DNA of 64,000 bases from Geosiphon pyriformis uo1 (lineage: Eukaryota; Fungi; Glomeromycota), in NCBI GenBank assembly GCA_016748015.1, contig JAAOMT010000710.1, positions 186,001-250,000 on the forward strand. Reading direction: 5' to 3'. Positions within the stretch are counted from its first letter, which is position 1. Each line of letters starts with the position of its first letter. Below, in pieces: positions 51,301 through 64,000 of this stretch. Below the pieces are notes generated by a model that was not told the DNA's origin, did not search any database, and worked only from the letters and a program-made list of their open reading frames with translations. A program made the translations under genes and the position numbers.

Positions 51301-54300
51301 TTACCTCCAGTTATCATGATCAATCCACTAGTTGTATCAATTGCCACATCATAACAACAATCTTAACAATAACAACTTGTATTAATGGTCTATACACCTA
51401 TTACCAAGCTAGAAAAATTTACTAGTGAAAAGAACAATACTCAAACATAATTAAACAATATACCCAAAGCAATTATAGCCAATAATTAAAATGACACTAA
51501 AACCTTTCAAGTTATTTTTTACTTCTTATAAAATATAACTAATTTATAATATCAGAATCTAGTCAACAAGCCACAAATTTTTAATGCATTTAAAACTGTA
51601 TTTTTACAATATTTTAGCAATTACAACAGTATTAATTATTTGTTAACTAGTTTTACTACTATTAAACAAAATAATACCAAAGTCATTACTACTTACTTGA
51701 GACACTTCCACAGAAATCTATGTTAATTTAGACAATTCAAGCCAATTACTTTACAGAAGCACAGATTTTGAACCAGTTCATTTATGAACTATACAGCAGC
51801 TTACAACAAGTATGTTTAATACACTTAAATACTTTCTAGGACACAATTACACATGTCTGAAATTTTGAATTAGTCAAATTTGAAGCCAATTATGCCCAAG
51901 TCATAAATCTAGTAATAAATAAATCATCTGAATTGAATACCAAATTGAAGCAATTTGGCAAAGTTATCAATTAAAAAATCAAAGAATACTTAGTTAACAA
52001 TTAAGTAATTTATTAACTTTTACAATATTATAACAATTAAGAAAACTCTAATTATTTCCAAAATCAATTATGTCTATTATTATTATTATCAAATTAATTG
52101 TGACAACAGAAAATACATAATTGTTACTATTGTAGTAAACAAGACCATTTAAAAACAGATTGCCATTTTAAATTTAACAATCAATAATCAGAAAATTAAT
52201 ATCAAAACTCTGATCATAGATTTCAAACTCCAAATTACATTCTGAATCAAGAACAATATTTATACCAGTCTTATTACATTCCAATAATACAACAACTAAT
52301 ATACTTACTTTTAGTATATTAGACTTTAGTACTAGTAATATATTAGCTACAGTCATAAGTAATTTATTAACTCCAAACACCACCATAAAACTTAGTTTAA
52401 ATATTAGCTAAAAACCAAAGACTAAGAATTATACACATCTAACAAAACTGAAAATCAGTAATAATAATACATCAATCAATTCTTAGTTCTTTAACTCAGC
52501 CATCAAAATTATACCAGCAGAGTTCAGAAAGTGGATATACTTAAAATCCAAATTTCCAGAACTATTTAAGTCTTTTAATTATTCCAGAAACCAATTCATT
52601 CAACAACTTGGAAACTAACTAACAACTACTTATCAACAATATCTCACTAATAATCATTACTGAAAATAAATCACTCACAGCCATTTTTTTTTGAATTAGA
52701 GAAAAAAACAATACTATCTTTATTCAGTAGAGCTGTTCTTAATACCAAACTTATTACAGCCATATACACAGATGCCAAAGTTAATGGCCATCCTATTAAA
52801 CTAATTATTAATAGTGGTTTAGCAAGTAGCATCATCATACAACAACTTATGAACCAATTAAGTTGTTAAGTTGATTATGTTGTCAGTACTAAAATTATCA
52901 CAGCTAATAAAATAATAAAAACTCTTATTGGTAAAATTAATAACTTTCTGTTCAAAGTTAATAATATTATAACACCTATTAAAGTTTTTGTAATAGAAAT
53001 TACACAATATCAAGCTCTTATTAATAATGATTAACTGTTCAAACCAATGCTGTACTTAACTAAAACACTTAAAAGCTCCAGTTAATAGTCAATAATTAGT
53101 ATATTCAAGTGTCTGCCATTTGCAGACACTTTAAAGCTTTTTTAAAAAAGCAACCATTGATTAAGTTAGAAGAAAAAAAAAACCCTATCTGAAAAGTTTA
53201 TCAAGTTTTGTAAGCTAAAAACAAACACAATAAATTATTATTAATACTTTCTTGGAACAATAAAGAAAAAAACAAACAAACTAAAAGCCACTACAGTTAT
53301 CAATGAAATAACCAGTGAGTAGAATAGATCATATTCTATAAACACAAAAAAAAAACTGTCATATATTTTACTTAGATATATTAATTATAATAAAAAGCTT
53401 TCTTTCATAAGACCTTGGACTTATTTAAAGAAAACTACTAAATACATACCCACTACTATTGTAAACCATGCCACTAAGAATGTTTTAGGTATTCAAAATG
53501 ACAAAAAAAGTGGAACAACAAATTATGGCTCACTTGTAAAAAAAATTTACTTAACAAAGAAATATAGAACAATATTTCTGATTAAGAAAAAATATACAAC
53601 ATATTATGTCAAAACACAATTCTAATAAACAACTGAATGAGTTAAGAAATGCTTTTTAATATTGTATAAAACCAAATACTTTTATGCTTGAATGATTACT
53701 CACATAATAAAGATAAGATCTGATAAATAACAAGTGCCAAAATCAAAAACACTTTACTTAGCAAAATATTTGTAATCAAAAACAACTCACCAGAATCTGT
53801 TAAGACTATTTTTATTCCTAATCCAGATGTATTTATTGATATTTTAAGTGATTCAAAACAATTTTATAAACATTACCAAGATTTAGCACTTATTAGAAAA
53901 AAGCAAAAGCAGTATTTGAAACAACTAAACACTAAACTTTGTAAATATTGTCTAATTCTTAATAACTTTAAATATTGTAACAATTGTAATCTTATCTATA
54001 ATCTACTACTATACATGATCTATTCAATTTCAGAAAAAGAAAAACCAATCAGCAAATACACATTGGAATCAAAATTCAATTACAATTTAAACTCTAATGA
54101 TAATAACAACAATGGTTTTAATTCTGTTTATAATGATAATGATAACAATAATAATTCAGACTTCAAAAAAAACTCCAAACAATATATTGTACTTTCAAAT
54201 CTCTTAAAAAAGCAAAAACTCAAATGGTTTAACAATAATAAGAAGAGTATTATGCCAGAATAAATACATAATATTGATGCAGGATTTGATCTTAAGTATT

Positions 54301-56179
54301 CAAAAAAAACTGCCATCAGATTGGAACCTTATTTACATATCAGTATAAATCTAAAAATAGTACTAGAAATTTTGGCAACAACAATAGTTCAATTAACATC
54401 TAGATTTAGTTTAGTGAAAAAAGAAATTAATATTAGAGAAAAAATAATTGATGTAGAATATGTAGAAAATATTATTGCAATGCTACAAAATAACTCAAAA
54501 AAAAATATACTATTGAACCAAATAAAAAAATAGCACCAGCAATATTCTTGTTTCTGGTTAAAATAGCTTAATTAATATTAATAAGAACAAAAAAAAAGTT
54601 AGAAATTACAGCAAAAAGGATAAAGAGATTCGAATCTACAAGTAGAATAAAGATATCAATTAATATGGTAAAAAAAAACCATTGATAAAGAAGAAATTAT
54701 CTTTACTTATTAATCAATTTCTATTCTTTTATATAACTAGTATATAGTAATTATAGAAAAGAAGGTGAGAGATTAACTCCAAATTTTTGAAGCTGAAACA
54801 AACATTTATAAATCAGGAGAAATTGGCATCACTAATTTTTATATACCAGCCAAAACTACAAACACATCAAGATTTCCATATATAATACAATAAAAAACTT
54901 TATAAAAATATCAAATAGAACTATTATTAAATATTTGAGTATTGAAATTAAAAACCAATCACCAACTATTATTCTAGACTTTCCACAACTGTGCAAATAT
55001 GTAAATATTATATTACAAACAATTTATGAACAAAAAAAATGCTATTTATTACAATTAGAACAATTGAAACAAATAAACTTGGAAAATTTAGATACACTTT
55101 AACAGATACAACTCAAAATACTACTCAATAACTTTACTAACATCTTTGCCAGTAAAAATGAATTTGGCAGAACTAATATCATCTAATATTAGATCAAAAC
55201 TAAAGATGCCATATTAATCAAGTAAAAAACATACAGAGTATTACCAACTAGTCATAAAATTATCTAATAAAAAATTAACAAAATATTGGACAATGAGTTA
55301 ATTCAATTATCAATAAGTTTAGAGTTATTACCAATAGTACTTGTTCAGAAAAAAAATGAAAAAATTCACTTTTGTGTAAACTACTAAAAACTTAATAATA
55401 TTACTTATGGAAACAACTATTTAACTCTATAGATCCAGAAGTTATTTGATACTTTTGGAAGAAAAAAATAGTTTTTAACTTTAGACCTAAATAGTAGTTA
55501 CTGGCAAGTAGCCATAAATTTAGCTAATAAAAAAAAGACAGTATTTACTATCAGAGAAAAGAACTTTGAATTTAATGTTATGCCATTTGGCTTAATTAAT
55601 GTTCCAGTCATTTTCCAATAACTTATGGAAATTGTTTACATTAAATTATTATAAAAATTCATAATAGTCTACTTAGATAACACCAATGTGTTTTTAGAAA
55701 TATTTGATAATTATTTCTATTATTTTCAACAAGTATTTAAAAGATTAAAAGAAGCAGAGCTAAAGTTAAATGCCATTAAGTGTTTTTTTGGCAAAACTGA
55801 ATTCAGGTTTTTGGAATATATTGTAAGCAAAAATAGCATAAAAACAAATTAAGATAGTCAAGAACTTTTTAGTACTAACAAACTTAACAGAACTAAGAGC
55901 ATTCTTAAGATTTGCTAAATACTATTAATGTTTTATCTAAAACTTTTCCAAATTGGCTCAACCATTTTACCAGCTTCAAACAAAGAATGTTAAATATAAA
56001 TGAATTAAAATTTAACAAAAAACTTTTGATATCTTAAGAAAAAAGTTCATCCAAGTCTTAATATTAATCTATTCAGATTATAGCAAGCTATTTATTATTA
56101 TTATTAATGTATTTGGTCAAGCATTAAAAACTATATTATTACAAAAAAAAGCAAATAGATGAGAATATTCAATAGTATA

Positions 56180-57537
56180 CAGGAGAGTATAAAAAGTATT
56201 AGACACTTTTATAATATGTTATATAAAAGAACTAACTTATGAATTATTAATTTATTATTATTATTATATTAAAATACATGTTAGTATTTTGTTTGATCCC
56301 TATTTGCTTTAAGAATAGCTTGAATTCGACATGGCATAGACTTGATCAAATTACAATAGTAATTTACAGGTATTGCATCCCATTTTTCCTTAACCCACTA
56401 TTTCAATTGTACAATATTTGAGAGTTGTGAATTATGTTGACAAATTTTAATTTCAATATATGACCAAAGATTTTCTATTAAAGTAATATCAGGACTTTGT
56501 GCTGGCCAAGAAAGTAATTCAATATTTAAAGAGATAAGAAAAGAACATGCAACTTTTAATGTGTGGATTGGTGCATTGTCTTCCTGAAAAAAAAAGTTTT
56601 TTTTAGTTTTTTTTGCATAAAGTTTTACCATAGGAATTGCATAATTAGCCAAGATTTTGCAGTGTATAACTCCAGTAATATGACCAACCAAAAAAACTAA
56701 AAGACCCAAACCAACCAATGAAAAACATCTCCAAAACATGTCACCAAAGCTTTTTCTAACTGTGGCTATAATACAATCCTTATGAAACTTTTCAGAAGAT
56801 TTATGCCATATACATCCAAATTCTGTAGTCCTAAATTGTGTATATGTAGATTTATCTGACCAAACAACTCATTTAAAATCTTTTACTGTTCAATTTTCAT
56901 AAGTATGAGCCCATTGTAAATGTTTTTTTTTATTTGATTTGGAAATTAATGGCTTGAAACAAAGAATGCATGAGTAAAGTCTTTCTTGAGCTAATCCATT
57001 TTGAATAGTTTGTATAGAAATAGATTTGTTAGTATCTTTAATAAAATTCAATCATATTTGAGAAAAAGTTTGGCAGCAGGTTTTTTTATTCTCTATTATT
57101 GAATATTTGAGTTGTTTATGTGTACATTTGTTAAAAATTTGTGGTCAGCCTATTCATTTTTTAGAAAGTTTTTTTAGCTTGTATAACTTCCATACATGTA
57201 TTACAGAAGAATGTAAACATCCAATAGTCATGGAAATCTCACTGTTTGTATGTCCTAACTTTATTGCTGAAATAATCTCTTCTTTTTGGTATTCAGAAAG
57301 TTTTTTTCCAAGACACATTTGATGTGGTAAATTTTTTTATGACAAGAATGTTTGATATTTTATATATACGCATATAATCTACTATTGTGTTTTACAAGAA
57401 TGCAATTTATGTTGATTTGTAGATTATAACTATAAGTAATTATAAAAAAAATTATGGCTTAAATTGGTAATGATATTACTATATATAGTCTTTTTTATAT
57501 ATTATATTAAGTAACCAATACCTTTTATACCCCCTTA
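56180..57537 (-). mobile_element. Tc1/mariner DNA transposon, full length, decayed
   Basis: TA duplication at 56178-79 and 57538-39. Imperfect TIRs caggagagtataaaaagtattagacactt / aagtaaccaataccttttatacccccta-like. The host RNase H frame is restored when the element is removed. Confidence 0.93.
56281..57318 (-). pseudogene. Tc1-family (DD34E-type) transposase, about 345 codons
   Basis: N-terminal HTH-like start MCLGKKLSEYQKEEII; catalytic motifs VWSD, FQEDNAPIH and WPAQSPDITLIENLW. Confidence 0.9.
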
Positions 57538-58935
57538 TATGTCAGCCAAAATTTAAATCTAGCTAAGAAGAACTATAGAACTTCAACATTAAAATACTTA
57601 GCTATCTATTAGACTGTCATCAAATAAAAAAAATACTTAAGTCAAAGTTTGATGTATATACTAATCACAAAAAATTGATATTAATCTAAAAGCAAGAATT
57701 TGAAGACAATTGCTATACAAGATATAAAATAAAACTATTATTATTTAATTATATCATATATTATAAAAAAAAACAGAAATGCTGACAGTTTATTATAAAT
57801 GAAATAAATCTAAAAACATTTTAACCCAAAAATATAACAAAAGATAAATACACAAAAATATTAACAACTTTAATATTATATTAATACTCAACAGTTTAAG
57901 AAGATATTATCTTAAAAGAAACAAAATAACAATCAAAATACTTTATAACTTACCAAAATATACTATATTAGAAAAATAGAAAAGATCTATATCAGCTACT
58001 CAAAGTAATTACAAAATTAGAAAAAGAAACAATACTGTTCAATATGTACTCAGATTCAATAACAAGACATTTTCATAAAAAAGCAACCATAAAAAGAACC
58101 AAAAACAAATAATATTGGCCATTTATATATTCAAATATTATTTAATATGTTCAAAATTATAATATTTGTCAGAAAAAAAGAAGAACAAAATCCAGTAAAT
58201 CACTAAAACCAATTAAAGTGAGACAATTATTTAATTGAATTAGAATTGATATAAACAGATTATTAATTATTACCAGCAGAAGTGATTAGTATATAGCAAT
58301 AATTATAAACTATTTTATAAAATGGCCAAAAACAAAAATAATTCAAAGAATAAATACAGAATTTGTAGCCAAATTCATCCACTAAAATTTAATTTGTTGA
58401 CATAGATATCCAAAAAAATTGTTATTAGATCAAAAAACTTATTTTGTAAACAGAACATTAACAGAATTAAGTTAAAGATTTGGAATTAAAAGACTATTAT
58501 CATTAACATATTATCTATAAACAAATGACTTAATCAAAAGATTCAACAGAATATTATGTAAAACAATAACCAAGATCAGCCAAAAAAAGCTATATAAATG
58601 GAATTTATTTATATCATTAGTATTATTTGCTTATTGAACAATAAAACAAGATACCATATAAGCAATACTATTTAAACTTGTTTATAGTAAAACAGCAATA
58701 TTACCAGTTGAAATAAATATTAATACATATTCAATAAAACCAATAACAAAAGCTAACTTCCAAAAAACATTACTGAAAAAAACATATAACTTAATAAAAA
58801 CATTAAAATACAATAAACAAAGAGCAATTAATAATATACAAAAGTTATAAGCAAAACAAAAAAATGATATGATAACTAATTACCAGATAAACCAGTCAAA
58901 TTCAGGATTGGAAACAAAGTACTTTTACATTATAC

Positions 58936-60178
58936 TATTATAAGTGATTATTTGGGGTTTCAAAGCAAATAACAAACCCATAACTTAGTAATTGATTGAT
59001 ATAATGATGTTGGTTTCTGAAGGTTAACTGTATCTAAAGATTTTGATTGAGTCTTTTGTATAATGAACAGAGATTCAAATGTGGTTTTTTTTTAATGGTG
59101 TTTTAGTGTTAACCTGCAGATTAAGTAATTGTTGTCTGTTACTTTCCGGAATTGCAATTTTATCAATTTTTTTTTCAGCATGGTGGCTGACAATCTCTTG
59201 GTAAGCTATCTTCAAATCTGAATGTCTACCCTTATTCCTGAGTCTTTTATCAGTACTATATTCTGATGTTAATAATTCAGTGCTTTAATTTTTTAATCAA
59301 TTAATATACAATAAAAAATAACAAAACAAAATAAAAGAGAAATAAAGAAATAAGCCAAAGCAATAAATGTTAGTATTCTGTTAATAGCCATAATTAAGAG
59401 CTATTGTTCTAGTATGGTTAAGTATCAATTACTATCAACATAAAGTATTGATAGTAGAGAGTGAATTTGAGATATTGAATAATTATTTATTGATATTTGT
59501 GATGTGAAAGGTTGCTTAGATTAAATCTAAACTTAGAGGTTTGTCTTTTCTGCTTCTAATACTACTGTTATATATATCTAATTTATGTTCTACAAAATTG
59601 TTTACATTTTCGAATAATGTGCTATAATTTCTTAAGTAATGTGTTATAATTTTTTAACATTGCTCCACATTGTTGAGCAATATGCCATAATTTCTGACAT
59701 TGCTCTATATTGCTAAATAATGTGCTTACATGCTAACTACTACTTCCTTATTAGTCTACTATTTTTCTATATCTGTTTTTCTTTATGAGTAACATTATTT
59801 TCTTCTTTTTAATATTGAGCTCCATTGAAATTCTCATTTTGAATTATGTCAAATACTTCTTTTTCAAGTAGCATCTGTTCCACCCTACTCTTTATTTTTT
59901 CAATTTGTGTGTTGTTTATTCTTCCCCATTGGTTGATGGTTATTGTTTCCATGTTAGAGTATAACAATATTTCTGAGTAATTTTGAAATATAGTGTGTAG
60001 TTAATAAATGGTCTTAATGTGTAGTATCAAGTTTGTTTTCTTTCCAATAATGTCTTTAATGTTCTAAATTATCTCTTGATTGAAGATTCTCTTAGATTTG
60101 TCAAGATATAACTTCTAAATATCTATTTTTTGTCCCAATTAATAATAGCAGTATGGTATTAGAAGTTGGTCTATCCAT
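58936..60178 (-). mobile_element. 3' end of gypsy element G: 3' LTR (58936-59794), PPT and partial 3' ORF (59809-60178)
   Basis: On the minus strand the LTR starts tgttactcat and is related to the A/F LTRs. PPT aaaaagaagaaaataa. The translated ORF aligns with A ORF3. Confidence 0.9.
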
Positions 60179-63100
60179 TGTTACCGGAGGTTTTTGGTCT
60201 CTTTTCTGTAATGTTGTTGATACTTATTTGCTGTGAACTCACGTTTTCTGGATGTGGTTGAACCTCCAGTAACTAAATTTATCTTCAAATTATCTTCAAA
60301 TTATCTCCTATAATTTGAACTTACTGGGCTTATGAGTGGAATGGCCAATTCCGTGCCAGTTGCTTTATGTAGTTACATTGTAGTAAACGTCAACTCTTTC
60401 CCAGAAATTGCTCGTCTGGAAGCTCACTAAAAATGTGTAGTTACTTTGTTGTGAAAGTCAACTCTTCTACAGGAATCTTGTCTGTAGGCTACCCTAATGA
60501 TTGTAATAAGAAAAGAAAGAAAAATAAAAGAAGTGTAAAAGAAATAGGATCTTATCAAGGGAAATGTTTTTTATCCAGGCCTGGAGTCACTAACAGTTTA
60601 CTGAAATTAGTAGCTAATCAATTTTGAAAGTTAGTTGGGTTTTGGGGATTTTCCAAGTACAATAATTTAGAGAATTTGGTTTTTCGAATTATTTGATATT
60701 TATTTCTTTTTGTGTGTATAGAAATGGTTTGTAAAAGATAAATCTAAAGTAAGATACATTTTCTCGAAGAGAGAAGCTTTTCTTTTATACAACTTATCAT
60801 AACACTATTCTATGAATTCGAACTTTGCTATTTTCTACAATTTCGCTGAATTAAAGATACATTTCGGCAAACTATAAGTTATTTCGGCAAACTATTAGAT
60901 ATTTCGGTGAACTATCAATTATTTTGGCGAATTTCTACAAATTTCGGCAAACTTTTTGAATGTTACATAGTTCGGGGTATTGCATGATTGATCATCACAA
61001 TTAGGTTGCATTGGTGTTGTGTACAATTTGGGTTATTAATTAAATGATAATTTCAGACATTTTTGCTAATATAATAAGTAATTATTTAAAACAATAATAT
61101 ATGCTAATTAATGATAGGAATTATAAGATAATTTCATGCTAAATAATATCTCTAATTTCATCTGGTAACATAACCTCCTCCTCAAGACTGAGCTCCATCG
61201 AAGTCCAAGTACTGTCTGTTTTTTCCAGATAATAATCCAAAATTATTGAAGAAATTTGGTCTGAAAATTGTTAAAATTTCAGTTCTGTGAGCTTTCCAAT
61301 GTATTGAATCTTCAAAGGTTGAAAAATCGGGTTTTGTAGTACATTTTCACAGGTGTGGAATAGGTCATAAAGTCTACGAGCAGCTCTAAGCCTGTAGCGA
61401 CTGTTTGTTGATCCAGCTGTTGTCTTGAATTCATTGTGGAAGTCTGAGAATCTGGTGGGATTCGTTCTGTGTGTTAAGAGCTATATTAACTAGAACTGTG
61501 AATCGTCCAGTTGAACCAAAACCTTGGGTTCCTCTATCACTTTTTCCTAATTGTTCTTTTTGATTGACTAGTTGTAAACCCGAAATGTTGATTAAGAGTA
61601 GATAAATAGCTTGGGCAATTTTTTCAGCATGTTCAATCTTGAATGGTTTGTCAGTCTTATTTTGAAGCATCACTGTTATGTTTCCAGTATATCCAGCATT
61701 GATTATTCCTCCTCTGACATTGATTCCTTTGCTTGCCAGAGAGGACTGAGAGGCAATTTGAACCATTGCTCTTGGCAGGATTTCAAGTGCAATTTTGAGG
61801 TTGATTTTTGTGAGAGATTTGGGTTTGAGAACAAGAGTATCCTTGCCTGGATATCTTAGGTCATATCCAGCATCAATTTCGTGTGCTTTTTCAGGTTTTA
61901 TTCCTTGTCCATTGTTGTTGAAGTATTTAAGTTGTAAGGCAGGCTGATTTTCGATAAGGTAGATGGGTGTTGTTTCAATTTCTTCCGTTTCTTCAGGTTC
62001 TCCAAATTCAATTTCATTCTCATCATTTTCGCTGGACAAGGAGATACTAAGAGCATAGCATTTGGGACACCATTGTTCATCGCAAGGCATAATGCATTCT
62101 TCATATAGCCTAATGTTCATTTGCTCTAATTGTTGAATTTGAGCTTCTTGGGTCGAGTAGGTGTGACTTGCAATTTGGTGATAGACTTCTACTTCATCTT
62201 TGTAATCGAATCCAGCTAATTCCATAGTGTATTCAATGTATTCTGCTTCCTTCATTTGACAAACATCTTCTTTGGTAGCTCCATTAATTAATGCCATTGC
62301 TAAGTCAAAAATCATCTCGGCATCATAAGGGTAGTGATAAAGTTTGTTGAGAGCACTGTTGTATGCTGCATTAAAGGGTGTTCCTCTTTTTACTTTTTCT
62401 GAAATTGATAAGGCATATTGGCAGGTCTGATTGCAGACATCTCCTCTCATTGCTACATCAATCCAATTGCATTCTTCCAGTAGCATATCTCCACAAGTCA
62501 AACAAGCAGTGTTGTCCTATTTTCCACTCCTTTTTATTAGATGGTCTCATTGCTCTCTGTGGCAAGTCTTGCAGTAATAACAAGTATGATTCTCATATTC
62601 TTCTTCAGGTGAAATGCAGACTCCCATTGACAATAGTTTTTTGTGGCAGTCCTTACATTTAAGGGGAATATAGGGGTGTTGTTTTCTTGGTTCGGGTTTT
62701 GAGTAAGGTATATTCCATTCAGAGGTTTTTGGTTTAGTGTGTAAGGTAAAATGTTCTTGTTTTGTTTCATTGGCCCAGTTGGACATTGATCCAAGAGCCA
62801 TGAATGTTTCGATTATTGGTTTTTCTTCTTTTGGTTCAAATTCAAAAGCCAGGGCTTTTTCAGAGTGTTTGTTGAATGTACCACAAATGGCAGGTACCTG
62901 GGCATGTTGTCCTTGGTAGGAGATTGTTAACTCTTGTGTTTCCCAATTCAGATTAGCATTGGCTTTTTGAAGCCAATCATTTCTGACAAGAGCTTGGTAC
63001 TGGGGTGCGTCCATTACAAGAACTTTGACTGGAATGGTGATTCCATCAAGAGTGAATAGAAAATTGTCAATTTCTCCCATTGGTGTCTTTTTCATGCCAT

Positions 63101-64000
63101 CAGCAGTAATGATTACTGTTTGAGCTGGTCGGTCGACATTTCTTTTCAACTGTTGCATTAACTGGTAGGTAATAATGCTTCTGGCAGATCCACTGTCTAG
63201 GATCAAGTGAATTGGCTTTCCTTCTACTTCAGCTTCTGTGTACATTGCAGTGATGGCTTTTTGCTCATTAGCCACTGTATTGCTAAGCAAGAATGGTGAT
63301 TCATTTGCTTCAAATTCAAAAGAAAAGATATCAAAGAGATTGGCATTTTCAGCAATTCGGGCTGGTGGAATAGTGGTGTGGTTATGAAAAGGGTTTCGTT
63401 GTTGTTGTGCTGCAGCTCTACCTTCCAAGAGTACAGTATGATGAAAATCCTGTTCTTCCGGCATTGTTAAATAACTGGGTTGAGTGTGGTAATGGTTGGG
63501 TCTTGATTGAGTGGTATTTCGGGGAACCAATTGGTTGTTCGAACTGATTCTACTGTTGTTTACTTGGTATCGGTTTTGTGGTGTGAATTGATTTTGTGTA
63601 ATCAGTCCTCGAGCAGGTACTTGATAATATTGTGTGGGTGGTTGTTGGTATTGCTGTTGGATTGGTTGTGGGGCAGACTGATAATGGTTATTTTGGTATT
63701 GGGGTCTTGGTGGATAGTAAGCTGGTGGTAATGATTAATAATAAAATTGCTGTGGTGGAGAGTAACGTTGATTACCCCTATTTTGTTGGTTTCGTTGCAG
63801 CTTTCTGCAATCTCTTTTCCAGTGGCCAGAGATTTCACAGTAATGGCAATTTTGGGGCTGGTTATTGGAAAGTGGTACAAAGTTATTTTGATTTCGTCTT
63901 TGGAGTGGTTGATATCTTTGGGGTTGTTGTTGTTGGTTGGTAAAATAGTTTTCAATCTTCTTTGTGAGTTGGTCAATTTTTTCCTCAGCTGCTGAGCTGG
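60179..64000 (-). mobile_element. Family C LTR element, internally deleted (gag knuckle-PR-Cys-rich-dUTPase, no RT/RH/INT), 3' LTR 60179-61170; continues beyond the window
   Basis: PPT gaggaggagg at 61183-61174; LILDSGS protease; dUTPase; only about 300 bp separates the dUTPase from the PPT. Confidence 0.92.
61500..61930 (-). pseudogene. dut: dUTPase domain of element C, nearly intact
   Basis: DAGYDL, ASQSSL, GGIINAGYTG, IAQAI and RGTQGFGSTG in ORF 61431-62501. Confidence 0.93.

Larger units (their letters stand above)
50992..58935 (+). mobile_element. Degenerate A-related gypsy internal region (H): gag-PR-Cys-rich-dUTPase-RT-RH-INT
   Basis: Colinear with A from about 12030 to 18925. ORFs 53916-54263 and 54321-54533 match the A Cys-rich and dUTPase regions. 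Interrupted by Tc1 and ended by the G LTR. Confidence 0.9.

Noticed and set aside
1-64000. Alternative genetic code or organellar DNA explaining the many in-frame stops
   Set aside because: All three stop types occur at variable positions between copies and revert by single transitions, and the intact gene uses the standard code with spliceosomal introns.

Overview
This is a eukaryotic, probably fungal (Mucoromycota/Glomeromycotina-like, inferred) heterochromatic transposon nest with one intact gene. About 90% of the window is nested, mostly dead mobile DNA. It holds three copies of an APE-RT-RNase H LINE, one Tc1-like transposon, three solo LTRs, and pieces of several Ty3/gypsy families (my labels A-H). 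One gypsy element is structurally complete (10608-20796). The repeats carry heavy C>T/G>A transition loads, ranging from mild to extreme. The LTR elements share an unusual layout: gag-PR-Cys-rich region-dUTPase-RT-RNase H, then stop codons and a conserved Met before integrase, then a conserved extra ~225-aa ORF in the env position. They also share a U5 hairpin that pairs with their own primer-binding site, a GGAGCTCA box before the polypurine tract, and 4-bp target-site duplications. In the middle lies a CpG-rich, unmutated island with an intact 11-exon, 585-aa PD-(D/E)xK nuclease-like gene (36000-32697, minus strand). That gene has a higher-order tandem repeat in intron 2 and a mutated inverted partial duplicate fused to a gypsy RT. 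All alignments and counts were done by eye; no database searches were run.
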